In this document: positions 16,232 to 16,312 of the stretch, one piece after another
How the letters are laid out: every line of letters starts with the position of its first letter
Numbering within the stretch: position 1 is the stretch's first letter
Source of the DNA: Nitrospinales bacterium
Lineage (GTDB): Bacteria > Nitrospinota > Nitrospinia > Nitrospinales > JAJDAT01
Direction: 5' to 3'
NCBI GenBank assembly: GCA_046757665.1
Contig: JBHHYO010000063.1
Location: 1 to 16,312 of the forward strand
DNA: 16,312 nucleotides
Notes under the pieces: generated by a model
The model's database searches: none
What the model saw: only the letters and a program-made list of their open reading frames with translations
Told to the model about the DNA's origin: nothing
Program-made: the position numbers and the translations under genes

Positions 16232-16312
16232 ACAACCAGCCAGGGTCAGGGCAAACTTTTTTCCGTTCCATGCTTCGGTGGGTGGGATGATTTTGGACAA
16301 CAGTTTCTCTAA

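Overview
Gene-dense, mostly GC-rich bacterial chromosomal window. Gene content is compatible with a Nitrospinota-like chemolithotroph, but that is inference only. Left accessory part: the AT-rich 3' end of a SNF2-type helicase, a pilin-like lipoprotein/membrane hybrid, a 302-bp nested palindromic element, an archaeal/eukaryotic-style ITPase, a DUF433/DUF5615 (VapBC45-like) toxin-antitoxin pair whose antitoxin has an in-frame TGA, a degenerate orphan HEPN protein and a SAM methyltransferase. Middle: DUF1566 protein, acetyl-CoA synthetase, and a divergent pair of lipoproteins (811-aa TPR and FGE/SUMF1-like). Then a 715-bp intergenic mosaic of short repeat families with IHF-like dyads. Right: an RhlB-like DEAD-box helicase and a translationally coupled type E succinate dehydrogenase/fumarate reductase operon (sdhA-sdhB-HdrB-like sdhE). 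No rRNA, tRNA, CRISPR array or transposase is supported. The most unusual signals are non-coding: the Russian-doll element at 1133-1434 and the repeat mosaic at 10369-10840, which share an identical 19-mer.
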